NCBI GenBank assembly: GCA_964016885.1
Contig: OZ024742.1
Coordinates: forward strand, 242,544,001-242,608,000
Reading direction: 5' to 3'
Length of the DNA: 64,000 nt
Source: Eledone cirrhosa
Taxonomy: Eukaryota
Shown here: positions 49,878 to 64,000 of the stretch, in pieces
Numbering within the stretch: the stretch's first letter is position 1
Layout of the letters: each line of letters starts with the position of its first letter
Position numbers and translations under genes: made by a program
The notes under the pieces: generated by a model
Database searches by the model: none
What the model was told of the DNA's origin: nothing
The model's input: only the letters and a program-made list of their open reading frames with translations

Positions 49878-50495
49878 TCTTCTTCTTCTTCTTCTTCTTC
49901 TTCGAAAAATATATTGCAGTCTCCAAAACCTGGCGAGTCCTGTCAGAAGCAACCGTTTCCAACTAATCCCCAAGCCAGACCAGAAGAGCTCATGGATGTT
50001 ATCCAACTATCTTGCTCGGGGTCTACTCCTGGGTCTCCTGCCAGGTGGTGCTGCCCGTAAAATCTGTCCAGCGATTCTTTCCTGAGACATTCTAACCGTA
50101 TGCCCATAGTATCGGTGCTGTAATCTCTCAATTCGGAGAAGTAGCGGCTTTACCTGAAGCGACTCTCTGATCTCTAAGTTACGCACTCTATCGCGTAACG
50201 TTACTCCAAATACCCTTCGGAGGAACCTCATTTTGACCGCTTCTATTCTCTATCATATTCTTTCGCCATTACCCAAGATGTATGACCATAGGAAAGGGTT
50301 GGAATAAATAGCGAATTGAAGATAGTGAGTTTGGCTTTTACGCCTCCCTCACGTCTTCTGATGACCGAATGTTGAAGCTGGCGCATTACTGCACCAGCTC
50401 CAGCAATTCTTGCACTTAATTCAGCCTCCTGTCTTTTATCACTTGTGAACACGGCCCCAAGATACTTGAACTTCTCCACCTGCTTCAGTAACGTT
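49878..50495 (-). mobile_element. 5'-truncated RTE-clade LINE with (GAA)n tail
   Basis: EKFKYLG, PTLSYG, MRFLRRVFGVTLRDRVRN..YYGHTVRM..GRRPRSRPR. Confidence 0.88.
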
Positions 50496-51528
50496 TAAAT
50501 CGATTCTCAGCATACTACTGATATTAAATTGCACAATCTCCGGAAAATAAAAAAGCAATCTCAAATCTCATAAGATAGCTGAGTCTGTAATGATACTTAG
50601 CTAAATATCGTGATGTACATTATCGATAATCAGTAATGATGATTATATATAACATTCGCACAGAGCCATGGTTTTATTTGGAAGGAAGGTGGAGGGTGGG
50701 GTAGTAGTAAATTAAAGCGATCCCGGCACTTGATTCGGTTTAAAGGTTTCAAATGTTTCACCATAGTGCTGTGATGACGACTGGGACTGAGTTACAGTTT
50801 CTCATGACACCTACCAGGCCGGGCCTTTAACCAGATGTTGTTCGAAAGCCCTTACTGACCTTTACTTCAACATTTTGAGCGTTTATTTTTATCTGAACAC
50901 CTTTTAAGGCTACAGCCAGCCATTCACATAATCCAAAGATTCTATGAAATCGAGTGATACCTGTACGTAAAGTTTTTTATAGTGAGGAAAAGCCTTGCTC
51001 TGATCCAATCCTACTCATTGAGCAACAATAGCTATCATCCGAAAAGAAGAACAGATCAACACCTGAATTTCCCTGTCCTAGAGAGATATCCTAATTAGGA
51101 TCAGGGTCTCTCACTCCCAGTGAGCGCACTCAGACACGAACCTGCCTGAGTGTTTCTATGTCCCTGCGCATAGTTTATGTATACATATATATATAAATAC
51201 ATATGTACATACAATTGAATGGCCATTGACTCTCATGAGTTCCTCCGTCCATTTTGTCGGGTTTTGTTTTTCACACACACACACACACGTACACACGCAT
51301 ACACGCACACACACACATACACACACACAGACACACACACACATACACATATATATAATATATAGATATAGATATACATCTATATATAGATATATATATG
51401 CCGTCGGGGTCTTGAACATTTTCCTATTACCCACTCTACTACCCAAAGTATTGAGTACTCTGGTGCCTTGTGGTCCACCTGGTTCCTTACCACACTTCCT
51501 TCGTTATACACACACACACACACACGCA

Positions 51529-51696
<168 letters not shown>

Positions 51697-52120
51697 AATC
51701 ATTTTTGAAAAGCATTAGAAATGCGCAACCGGTAAAACTTAAAACCAAAACTTAATACTAACCAATACTATTACTAATTATCACTTATTCCTAATTAAAC
51801 TATTTTTCACTGTGAACAATTTGTCAGCATTTTCTATTCCGTTTACCAATATATCATAACTTGTGTGTTACACCTCTATTCTTTTATATATATATATAAA
51901 AACCTAATTTTAGGTTTAATCAATACATATAAAATATATATCAATAATGTTTGTCAGTACAAAGCTCAATAATCCTCTGATCAGAGCATCTATAATATAA
52001 ACGATATGTAACTAGATATATCAATTGAGAAACAAAGTAGTATTTAGTATATATAGAGAGAACAAATAATATTTAAATTTCAATAAATACTCCTAGTTGT
52101 TAAAATTGTGATATACTTAC

Positions 52121-53000
52121 ATATCAGATATTGAGTTAGAAACTCGAAATAGTCTCTTACAATTAAATAGCTCTAAGTAAGAAGTTTTTCTGAGCCGTGT
52201 AATATAATTAAATATACAAGAGAGATAAACACAAATATAAACATACATGTGTTCGAATTGTAAAGGACCAGGTTCACTAGGGTGAAAAAAATACTAACTA
52301 TAACAATATGGTTAATTTAAAGTAATAAATCAAGAAAAATAAAAACAAACCTATATTGGGCAACTGCCTGAAACACCTAGAGAGTTATAGGAACTGTTTT
52401 GCAAATTATTAAGCGAAGTTATCACCAACTTTCTGCTCATCAGTAGGTGTTAAAAATTAGCAATCCTTTCACTTCTAAGTATATCAGGGGACTGAATAGT
52501 GTGCGAATATGAAATAACGCACGTGTCTTCAGAGCCTAGCTTGTCTCATAAACCTATGATGTTAAAAATAGCAGTCGGGTTTACACGACATTTAAATTAG
52601 TTCAACGAGACGGAGCCGATAATATCAGATATTGAGTTAGAAACTCAAAATAGTCTCTTACAATTAAATAGCTCCAAGAAAGAAGTTTTTCTGAGCCGTG
52701 TAATATAATTGAATATACAAGAGAGATAAACACAAATATAAACATACATGTGTTCGAATTGAGGTTCATTAGGGTGAAAAAAAAATAATTTATGAAACAG
52801 TTCCTATAACTGTCTAGGTGTTTCAGGCAGTTGCCCTATATAGGTTTGTTTTTCTTTTTCTTGATTTATTACATTAAATTAAGTCTGGCAAACCACATTG
52901 TTATAGTTAGTATTTTTTTCACCCTAGTGAACCTGGTCCTTTACAATTCGAACACATGTATGTTTATATTTGTGTTTAATCTCTCTTGTATATTCAATTA
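52121..53000. mobile_element. Penelope-like partial tandem (period about 502 bp) plus inversion, with damaged hammerhead
   Basis: 52121-52260 repeats at 52623-52762; 52793-53000 is an inversion of about 52200-52400; minus strand reads acaccta-CTGATGA-gcag...; GAAA-cagtt-cctat-aactg-TC-taggtgt at 52794. Confidence 0.7.
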
Positions 53001-54278
53001 TATACTTACATAGACAGATCTGTTTCTGGGAATCAAAAAGGAATGCTAACATTCTATCACAGTAATTAGTATCGATCACCAATTATCGATTTTATTAAAC
53101 ACCCTAAAATCACGATTCTTTAATCAGTGTGTCTAGGTTTGTTATATTATATCTATCTTACGCTGCATTAAAATACTAGTTTTTACAGTCATAAAATATA
53201 TAAGAAAAAACGAGGGAATTTCGTTTACACGTATAACGTATTTATTTTGTATCGACCTGTTACGCGTGTTTGGCAGAGGATTGGATCAAGGTCATCCATA
53301 GGAGCTATGGACCCGACTCCATCATATGTACATACATACACACACACAAACACACACACACGCACACACAGACACACACACACACACACATGCACGCGCA
53401 CACGCACACACACACACATATATATATAAACACACATATATGTATATATTTGTGATTGTCTAAACATGCATTTATGTATAGCGTTTTGTTATGCAATAAT
53501 TACTACAAAAATTTAATAGGAATGTGAAAATACTATCAACAGTTGAATTTTCTCTAAAATTGCATGAAGTTTTAGCAAGAATGATAATGTTGTTATTAAT
53601 TCACAATGTTTGATTATGCTTATAATATAATCTATTTGTTGTATTATTTAAACCATGGCCGAAAAACTGAAAAAAAAAACAAAAAAAAAACACAAAAAAA
53701 AAAATAAATAAACAAACGAGAAATCAATTAAAAATCCAAAAATTAATAAAAATAAATATACTTTTGTATCGGATTTCATATATTTTATTGAGAAGTTAGG
53801 TCTATAATCTGAGAAGACGGTTTTGATGCAATGAAAAATGAAAGACAGTTTCTGTTAAGGCCAGCTGAAGTAGACTTATATTTATTTTGATTCTTTGGAA
53901 GTTTAAGTAGTGAATGCAAAATACGATAGTCACCGATTCCCAGAGTAACATCTGTGTCAAAGATGAAAGAAAAAGAAAAAGAAAAATATCTTTACGCAAT
54001 CTTAGTCTGAAGTGTGTCTGGGTAAGAAAATGCAGAAGATGAGTGTCAGGAGATCAAATTAACAGGTGCAGCATAACAAAGCACGTATGCGAGATATTCA
54101 AGCGATGGGAGCAAGACAGCATTAAATGTTCGACAGAAGAAATGTTAAAGGGGACCTATATAACGATTAGAATTGTAGTAGATATTTAAAAGAAAGTCTG
54201 CAGTAAATGATCTTTTCGTAGCAGATGTTCGTATGTCATTATTCTTCATTAAATTTCATGTCTCCTTCGGCATCTCCC

Positions 54279-54381
<103 letters not shown>

Positions 54382-54484
54382 ACGAAGGAAATGTGGTAAG
54401 GAACCAGGTGGACCATAACGCACCAAAGTACTCAATACTTAGGGTAGTAGAGTGGGTAATAGGAACGAGTAGGTCCTACTCGTT

Positions 54485-54568
<84 letters not shown>

Positions 54569-54574
54569 AATATA

Positions 54575-54683
54575 GAAAAGCTTCTACAGGACTAGAAGTG
54601 TTTCATTCGTGAGAAATCATCATGAAGCTTCCTGATGATTTCTCCGAATGAAACAGTTCTAGTCCCGTAAAAGCTTTTCTATA
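54575..54683. repeat. Palindrome of two degenerate hammerhead motifs (same family as 27980-28030)
   Basis: aagcttc-CTGATGA-tttctccgaat-GAAA-cagttctagtcccg-TA mirrored about AAGCTT. Confidence 0.7.
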
Positions 54684-54792
54684 TTAAAACGTTTATACTC
54701 TACTACGTATTGAGTACCTTACTTACTGTAGCTACACCCGATTGAACCCGGAAGGAATAACCCGGAAAAACTTTACAATATAAGGAGTTCAG

Positions 54793-54842
<50 letters not shown>

Positions 54843-55540
54843 CTGAACTCATTATATTGTAGAGTTTTTTTTTCGGAATGTTTTTGACTGTTATTTCATG
54901 TAAATAGACATTCGTCTCATTCTGACGTCACCAGCCCTGTCTCTACATGTGCGTTTTTCTTCATAATTACGCATGATGTTGAACTAGCCTGCTTTTAAAT
55001 TCCCTTTTTGGCATATTATAAACAGTGGTCTTTGGTTATCGTGTCTTTGAGCTCTGCTGATGATCGATTCTAACCGTGACCATCCCCACTGAAAGTTTCG
55101 TAAAATAGTCTTTTAAGACTATACAGAGCATTTGTAGATTTTCCAAATTGAAGGATGAGTATTTTAGACTTTATTTTATTCTGAGTTAAGGGTCTATTGA
55201 TTTTTCCCTGGATTTCACCAAATCCTGTGGATGAATCTATATCCTGATTCTTTTTTAATTGAGTTCGAATTATTTTCCCACATCTTACGTTAACTATTTT
55301 CCATTTTGACGCTATAGTCACTTATATATTATGGAACACTGTTCGAAGAAGATAGACGTGTTTTTGTTTCACTCCTGCATTTTGTCGGAATTTATTACGA
55401 GAAGCGGTAGGTTTGTTTAAGCTACTTGTTATTTGTTGTGTTTAACCCTCGCCTGGGCCTGCAGACGTTGGGTAAAATAAATTTCGCCCCTTTTTGGGGC
55501 GAAATTTGATAGTTATAGGTTATCGATAAAAAGTCGTTTA

Positions 55541-57360
55541 GTGACAACGGACGCCATTAACACGACGCATACCAAGCCCCCCAAGGAAAGTGATAGAGAG
55601 AAGGTAGCAGCACAACGCTGTAAGCCTTCCCTCCTCACTCCCGCAAAAGACACCACGGAATCAAAAGAAAAAATTGTGGAAATGGGTGAAAACCCCAAAA
55701 GTAACAATTACACAAATAAGAACAACAATGACAATAACAACACAACCAACAACAGCAACAATGACAATAACAACACAGCCAACAACAGCAATAATGACAA
55801 CACCAACAAAGGAAAAAAGCAAGCCAACACGATAACAACAACAACAATGATAACAACACGAAAGAAAAAGGACCCACAGCTGCAGTCTCCTTCGCACAGG
55901 CGGTCCGAGAAACGCAGACATACAAGGCACTGGACATCTCGAATGCTAAGAAATTGCTGAAAGAAGCAAGGAATTCTGTAAGTTTCGGGGAAGGTGGGAA
56001 ATTCACAATTACCTCCCCCGAAGAAATTAGAAGGGACACAATCCTCAGGACCGTAATTTTTAGGACAGTTTCGAACGCGACTAGGAAACCGGTTCAATTG
56101 TCCCAAAGCGAAATTGAGCTGGTCCTAAGTAGTGCCTGGAAGGATATCGCTTTCATACAGAAAGGGAAACTGTATGCAAGCATATCTGTTTTAATGCAAG
56201 ATGAATTGGCGGCACGGAAATATTCTGTGTCGCCAATTGTATCCAAAGCATACACCTTTTTCCCCCACATATTTGGGGAAAAGAACTCAAAAGATAAGAA
56301 TCTCGGGCATCAGGCCAAATGTGAGCATTTGGTGGGTGCTAACCGAATTCTTAGAAGATGAGGACACAATCCTTTCGATAGGCGAATCCACCGGGGGCGT
56401 ATTCAGCGGCAATAGCTTTGAAGTTCTGGTCCAAATGAAACTAGAATGGATAGCAAGAATACCGCAGCGTGTGTCCCTGGATGGAGTCGCCTTCATAAAC
56501 ATTTCTGTTGAGAGCAGGCGGCCTTCATGTTCAAGAAGTGGTCACCTGAGGGCTTCCTGTTCCCTTTTAAATGCCCCCCCCCAAGAAAAAAGACGCTTCT
56601 GCCCACCCCACACACAACAACACAACCACCACCACCACCACCACCACAACAACACGAAAAAATAACAACACAAGACACTGTCCCACCCAAGTCCTCCCCA
56701 CCTAAAACAAATACAAAAGCAACCACAACAAAACCCCAAAATATACACCTCCCCAACAATACGGACGAGGACTCCTTATCAACGTCACCCAGTGACGACG
56801 AGGGAGAACCCTTTCAACCGGTAAAAAGAAAGAAAAGAAGGCACCACATTAACAAAAATACAACAAACACACAGCCACCAGCACAAACAGAACAAATATC
56901 ACAAACAAAAAACCCACCCCTCCCGAAAACAACACATACTACAAAACGCAAACACACACAAGAACAACAAACAAAAACAAACACAACACAACAAAAACAG
57001 TATACATACATCAACACAAACAACAAAACACTTGTGCAAACAATAGACAAAGAACCTTCGGTGGAAACCGAAGGGAAAATGTTCACCAACGCGACGACTA
57101 AACCGCATTTAAAAATGTTTAGGGTCCCAAAGGACACCTACGCAATGCTCAAACAGAACTTTCCCGATGACGTGGGGAACCCCTGTACTAGACCTAGCAA
57201 CCGCGTCTTCTTGAAATGTTTCCCCACCACCACCCCAGACACCCCTCCCCCACCACACACTGATGTCCCCACCACATCCCAAACCACTACCCCACCAAAC
57301 AACCCTGCCGACACCCCCATGGAAATTGTGCAGCCTGGTCCCCAGGAGAAGGACAGGTAG
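55541..57360 (+). pseudogene. Tx1 ORF1, frameshifted
   Basis: RTVIFRTVSNATRKP, PTYLGKRTQKIR and degenerate knuckle GHLRASC are homologous to A1/A3 ORF1. Confidence 0.8.
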
Positions 57361-57403
57361 GTGTCTTTTCCTTTTTCTCCACTCTAAACTCTTCACCACC
57401 AAC

Positions 57404-60400
57404 ATGGCTGTTATAAGAGTTGGATGTTTAAATGTGCGCAGCCTGGGATTATCCTGGAAGCAGGACAAACTCTTAAATGACCTCAGGTCGCACAGAATGG
57501 ATGTGATAGCTATTTTCGAGTCCAGGATCAGCAGCGAGCACCAACTGGCCCCCATCTTCAACGACTTTGATATCTATGCATCTCTCTGTTAGCCGGGGGG
57601 TAGGGGCGGGGTGGTCGTTCTGCTGCGAAAACACCTGGGCCTCGCCACGTGGAAGGAACACCTGGACCCGGAGGGCCAACTGGTGGTTCTAGACGTCGGC
57701 AGTAGTGAAGGTGGAGCCTTCAGGCTGGTGGCAGCGTATGCCCCATCGGGGACACCGCGACCGGACTTCTTCCAACGCCTAGAGACTTTTCTGGGAACGT
57801 CTCGCTCCTTGCTTTTAGTGGGGGACTGGAATGGTATCCTGGATGCACGTTGGGACTATGTAGAGGCATATCCCGATAGAGGGGGGTGTAACACCCCCAA
57901 ACGGTTAATCGGCCGATTTGATCTGGCCGATAGATATCGACTAGATTTTCCGACTGTGCCACTGTGGACGTGGACTAATCGCAGCGGAACATCTGGGCCG
58001 TACCTAGATAGGTTCCTAGTTAGAAATAAGGATAGGGACATATTAAGCTGTCCACGAATGTTCATGTTTGACTATTCGGATCACAAGTTGGTGACCGGAG
58101 TGGTCAACCTTGATAGAATCCATAGACAAGGACCCGGTTACTGGAAGCTAAACTTGTCCTTACCGACAAACAAACCTTACAGTAAGCGGATTAACACTCT
58201 AGTTAAGCAGCGGTTGACGGGGGCACTTGTCAACAGCAGGTTTTGGGGCTCTCTCAAGAGAGAAATTAGAATAAAATCGATAGGTTTTAGTCAGGAATTA
58301 GCATCAGATAGGAATAGAACTGAAAGGGAATTGATAGATAGAGTAGAAGAGGCGATTAAGAGTGGCAACGTGGCCAGCGTGCTGGCGTCAAGAACGGCCC
58401 TAGACCAGTTCTTTGACGCGTTGTCAGAGTAAAATACGTGCTCTGGGTAACGAGGGAGCCAAAGCTGTTAGCTGGGCCCGAGTGACAGAGGCAAAAAGTG
58501 GAAACAAGTCCATGATTCGGTCTTTGAAAGACCAGGATGGACGCGTGATCCTTGAACCTGAGGGGATGTGCGCGGCCTTTCAACGGCGCTTTGCACGACT
58601 GATCGGGAGGGGCGGCGGGCCGGGTGAGGCCATGGATTTCGGTCCATACCTCGACGGTCTGCCGCGGCTCTCGGACGAGGAGGGGAAGTCCTGCGAAAGA
58701 CCGTTTTCAGCCGCTGAGATGGGGAAAGCGCTGAGCCAATGCCGCAAACGCAAATCTCCCGGCCTCGATGGTCTACCATACGAACTTTATCTAGCGATGC
58801 CGGACTTGTTCTCCGATCTCCTCGAGGCGGTCTACTGCAACTGGCAACAGAACGGGAGAATTCCCAGTTCTGTGACCAAGGGCGTAGTCACGCTGGTGAG
58901 GAAGGACGAGAACAAGGGGGATGACATAGATAACTTCAGGCCCATAATGCTGCTAAACACAGAGTTAAAGATTTTGGCCAAGGTGTTAGCGAAGAGGTTA
59001 GCGCTTGTCGTCGGAAACCTGGTGGGAGAAGCGCAGACATGCGCACCCGTCCAGGTCCATACACGACAACCTCCACCTCATGCGATACATCATAGAGAGA
59101 GAGTAGGGAACGAACCCGGCTTTGGTGGAGCCCTGATCAATCTAAGGCGTTCGATAGGGTCGACCATCGGTACCTGGATGCGGGGCTCGCGGCGGCAGGC
59201 TTCAGACCCGTTTTCAGGGGTTGGATTGTTGCAATGCACAGCAGCAACACCTGCTCGAGGGTCAAGGTGAACGGCTACCTCACGGAGCCGTTCCAAATCG
59301 CGCGATCCATCCGATAGGGATGCCCTCTCTCCTCCTTCTGTATGTGCTGGCTCTCGAGCCACTACTGCTGAAGTTGGAGCTGTTGCAGGGAATCCCCTTG
59401 GAACTGGGATTGCGGAAAGTGGTGTCGGCCTACGCCGATGACGTGACAGTAATGGTGTCGTGCGCCTCGGAAATCGGGCAGATCGGCACGTTACTGGAGG
59501 AATACGAAAGGTTTACAGGAGCCAAGCTGAACCGGGACAAGTCCGTCGGTTTGCAAGTCGGTACGTGGAGAGGCAAACCGATGCCCTCCGACGGCGTCGT
59601 CGGACGCTGGACGGAGGGACGGGTGAAGCTGCTCGGGGTCTGGTTCGGACCGGACTTCCGGGTGGAGAAAAACTGGGACGAGATAACGGGCAGGGTGTTT
59701 GGACTCGCCCAGGAGTGGGCCGAGTGCAAACTATCCTTGAAAAGTCGAGGGGAGGTGGCGAACACTTATATAGCGTCCGTCATCTACTACCGCTTGACCG
59801 TCGTGCCTTGCCCAGCGAAAACGCTCGCCAAAATGGAGCGCGTGCTCTTCCGATTCCTTTGGAAGAAGCGGGCCCCTTTGGTGAGAAGATCGATCTGCTG
59901 TCAACACCCTTCGAACGGAGGGCTGGGGATGCCATGGCTGACGATGCGTAGACACGGATTAAGGCTACGGCACCTCCAGGTATACCTCACCGGTCAGCCT
60001 GTGTGGGCCCCTTTTGTGAGGCGAGCCTTTCCGAGACTCGTCTCACTCACGGAGCTGCAGTCCTGGGTCAAGCAAAGACCGAGAAAAATGGGCGACTGGC
60101 ACATTGAATGTGACCAGGCGCTTACAGCGCTCTGGCAAGCGGATCCGGCAATCAGTGGAGTCTCAACCTCAATATTCTATAGAAGGTTGGTGCGCAGCAA
60201 GTGCGACGACGCTCTCGGAGAGGCTCTGGGCATGGAGGAAGACGACCTAGCCAGTCTGTTCGGTAGGACGTTTAGCCCGGGACCGGTGGACAATTTCCAA
60301 AAGTCCCTGGCTTGGCAGTGCTACCGAGGAGCTCTACCCGTTCGTGACAAGCTCTACAGACACGGGCACCCGGGTAGGGACCCCTCGAAAAAGATCTGTC

Positions 60401-60810
60401 CGAGATTCGTGCGTGACGAGGAAACCGTCGCACACGCATTCGTACACTGCCCGGGCGTTTCTGACCTGTAGGTCTATGTGGAACGACTACTGTCGCGGGT
60501 GGGACCAATCCGGTTGACCACCGAGTACATTATCACGATCAAACCGCCTCCCCCCTTCAAAAACGGAGAGGCGGTTTTCCTCTGTGTGATAGCTATGGCG
60601 AAAGAGGTTGTATGGTGGACGAGGTTGAAAGGGCTGAGGTCAGACACTTTTCTCTCCGGCCAACAACTGGTCCTTTTTTTCAAGTACCATTTTAGAAGAA
60701 GGATCAGAGTGGGGAGAGAGATGCTCTACCCCAGCAAGTTTTATGAAAGGTGGGTGAAAGTGACGAGAATGGCCCGAGTGAATGGGCCTTCTCTCTATAT
60801 CAGCCTGTAG
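57404..60810 (+). pseudogene. Tx1 ORF2 (APE + RT), multiply disrupted
   Basis: LNVRSL, LVGDWN, YSDH, KSPGLDG, FRPIMLLN, YADD. Confidence 0.92.
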
Positions 60811-61071
60811 GTGAAGGAGGAGAAGAAAGAGGAGAGGAAAGGAGCACCCGCTATTTGTGCTCCTGATGAGGAGTGTTGCACATTTTTTTCGGGGGTGTGT
60901 GCGACCCACGTCAACGCCATATTAAGGACTTCGATTGTTGAATTTTATTTGTTATATGTTTTTACACGTCTTTTGAAATGTATGTAAATTTCCCCCTCCC
61001 CCTTGTATTTGTCCCAATCTTTGATGCCCTGGTGGCAAATAAATAGAAAGTTATCTATCTATCTATCTCTC

Positions 61072-64000
61072 TTGGTAGCTGGACGCACACAATTTTGCTG
61101 ATAAGTTTCTGTCAATTTATTTACCAAAAACAGAAATTCTGGTTTAAAAAAACACATTGTTTTGTAGATTAACCCCCAGGCTGAATTGTCAGCTGGGTGC
61201 CAATCTCATTTTTCGCCCCCACAGGGGCGAAAATTTAATTTGAAATTAATTTGAAAATTGTTAAATTTTTTTAATATTTTGCCATCAGCTATGACAAGCG
61301 TACAAAGAACGCTAACGAACATTGAAGAAGGAAAAACAAAAGAAAGAATAGACTTAAACGTTGCTAAGAATTTTGCCTGTATCGATGTAGTTGACAACAA
61401 AGTTTTGTGTAACGAAAGTGAAGTAGACAACACAAACAAAATTGAACCACACAGTGTACAACAGACACAAAAATCAACGGGAAAAAACAATTGACACAAC
61501 TATAAACGGAAAACCCGACAACCATAATAACAACAACAACACCAAAAAAATAAATTTTACCAAAACAGTCACAAATAATAATAACGTTACCTCTAACTCC
61601 GCATGTATTGGCGTCAACTTGGAAATCAATATGGACAACAAAAATAAAAACAAGATCGAACCACACATGGTACAACAGACACCAAAAACAACAGAAAATA
61701 AAACCATTGACACAACTACAAGCGGAAAAACCGACAACCACAACAACACAAAAAAAAAACTTTTGCGCAAACAGTCATCAAGACACAAGAGTTCAAGGAT
61801 CTCGATATCTCCAATGCGAAACAGATGCTCTCTGAAGCAAAGGAGTTTATCACTTTCGGTGAAAACGGTGGATTTCAGATAAACTCACCCCCAGAAATTC
61901 GTCTGGAAACATTTCGAAGGACAATTACCTTCAGAACTGTTTCAAATGAAACAAAACGACCAACATTCCTCAGTCAAGGGGAAATTGAGGCAACCTTGAA
62001 GGAGATATTGCTAGACATTGACTTTATGCAGAGGGCCGAACAGTACGGGAGTATTTCGGTACTCCTCAAAAGCGAGGCCCTTGCACAAAGATACTCAATG
62101 ACGCCAATACTGTCACAAAAATACACCTTTTTCCCTACATACCTGGGAAAAAGGACACAAAAATTATAGTTTCAAACATACCATCAAATATTAATATTTG
62201 GTGGATATTGGCAAGATTTTTAGAGGAGAGAAAAGACACTATTCTCTCCATCAAAAAGTCAACTAGACACACCTGGTCTGGTACAAATTTGGGGATTCTG
62301 GTGCAAATGAGCCAAGAAAGAAATCCACAAAATACCAGAAAAAAGTGCTGGTGGACAACAACAGCCACATAAACATTTCAGTGGAGGGACGAATATGATA
62401 TTGCTTTCGTTGCAATAGCACCACACACCTAAAGGACTCCTGCCCTTTAGAAACACGCTCAACCAAAACAATACAAAAGAAAACACTGTTACCAACACCA
62501 ACACCAAAAGAACCACCACCACCACAACAACAACTCACGAAACAAGCAAACACACCAAAGCCAACAGCCACTCAACCAACAACAACAGAAAAAACAGACA
62601 ACACCCCTGAAGAACACAGCCCCACCCCACATCACTCCATCAAACACTACCACAAACACACACACTGAAACACGACCACAACACAACATACCCCTACCCC
62701 ACACTCCTGACGATGATTATTCACCGACAGATGAGGCTGCTTCTCCTTCTTTAAGTGAAGAAGAAGGAGAGCCGCGGAAATCTAAAAGACAAAACAAGAG
62801 ACACCGCAAAACCCCCGAAACTCCAATCACCAACACCAACGCACAACCACAGACACAAACAACAACACAAACAACACCACAGTCAAACATCCCCTACCAG
62901 CAAAACCAACACCAACACCACCCCAAAACAAACAATAACACGCATACATCAACACAAACAAGAGTTTGATGGAGGTCATCTCCCAAAACCCCAAGGTGGA
63001 GACGGAGGGCAAAACTTTCGTCAAGGCAGAATCGTCTCCACACCTTAAACTTATAAGGGTTTCTATGGAGACCTATAGTGACCTGAAAAATTAATTTTTG
63101 CAGGACGTGGGCAAAGCCTACCAGAAACCCATCAACCACGCCCTGTTAAAATGTTTCTTCACGCCACCCACACCCCTACCAGAACCCAAATGGAGATTGA
63201 ACAACCCGATCTCCTGGAAATGAAAAGGTAAGTGCACCTTTTCGTCCTTTTTCTCCAACTCTTCTTCACCAACATGGCTAGTTTACGAGTTGGAAGCGTG
63301 AATGTGCGTGGCCTAGGGATGCCCTGGAAACAGGGCCAACTTTTAAACGACCTTAGGTCACACGGTATGGATGTGATAGCCATCACCGAGTCCAGGATCC
63401 ACAACAGGCAGCAACTAACCCCCATCTTTGACGACTTTGAGATCTACGCATCTCTCTGTCAGCCAGGAGGAGGAGGGGGGGTGGATGTCATGTTTCAGAA
63501 GAACCTGGACGTCGAAGTACAGCAAGTACACTTGGACCCGGAGGGTAGACTGGTAGTCCTAGACGTGAACAGTATCGGAGGTGGAGCCTTCAGACTGGTG
63601 GCCGTTTATGCCCCGACCGGGCAATCGCAATCACGGCCAGACTTCTTTAAGCGTCTAGAGCCTTTTCTGGGAACGTCTCGCTCCTTACGTTTAGTGGAGG
63701 ACTGGAACGGTATCCTAGATGCACGATGGGACTATGTGGGAGCATGTCCCAGTAGAGGGGGTGCAACAGCCTCAAAACTTTAATAGGCCAATTCCAACTG
63801 GCCGATAGGTATCGACTGTATTTTCCGACTGCACCATAGTGGACGTGGGCAAACCGCAGCGGGACATCTAGATCGTATTTAGATAGGCTCTTCATTAGAG
63901 AAAGGGACAAGGAAATGTTAAGCTGTCCACGAATGTACATGGTTGCTTATTTAGATGACAAATTAGTTGTCTGCATAGTCAACCGTGATAGAACACATAG
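61072..64000 (+). mobile_element. Tx1 LINE, copy C2, head-to-tail after C1, running off the window end
   Basis: ORF1 fragments 61291-63231 homologous to C1; ORF2 APE begins at 63274 (MASLRVGSVNVRGL...ITESR). Confidence 0.9.

Larger units (their letters stand above)
55380..61050 (+). mobile_element. Near full-length Tx1 LINE, copy C1 (3' part closest to B1/B2; 5' boundary approximate)
   Basis: ORF1 fragments, ORF2 APE-RT, 3' CCCTGGTGG-AATAAA, then (TATC)n. Confidence 0.9.

Overview
This is a eukaryotic, repeat-saturated, gene-free window. The SINE types and microsatellite load suggest an octopod cephalopod (inference). No host protein-coding exon is supported. Contents: seven copies of Tx1/L1-clade non-LTR retrotransposons (three near full length, all with frameshifts or stops); two R4/Dong-type fragments in (TAA)n; one Ty3/Gypsy element (485-bp LTRs, CATG TSD, tRNA-Trp PBS); RTE and Jockey/CR1-like fragments; tRNA-derived SINEs; two Helitron-like elements; a hAT MITE with an 8-bp TSD; and many fold-back repeats. 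Two signals stand out. (1) Type I hammerhead ribozyme motifs from several unrelated sequence families are dense here, including a near-homogeneous 4 x 485-bp tandem array with one ribozyme per unit plus an inverted copy (retrozyme/Penelope-like, candidate circRNA source) and two cores with the compensatory U3:A8 pair. (2) In the Tx1 copies that retain the junction, the ORF1 stop codon lies in a consensus 5' splice donor (one copy mutated), and the ORF2 stop lies at or beside a 3' acceptor-like AG, suggesting ORF2 is an intron. All calls were made by eye; boundaries marked approximate may be off by tens of bases.
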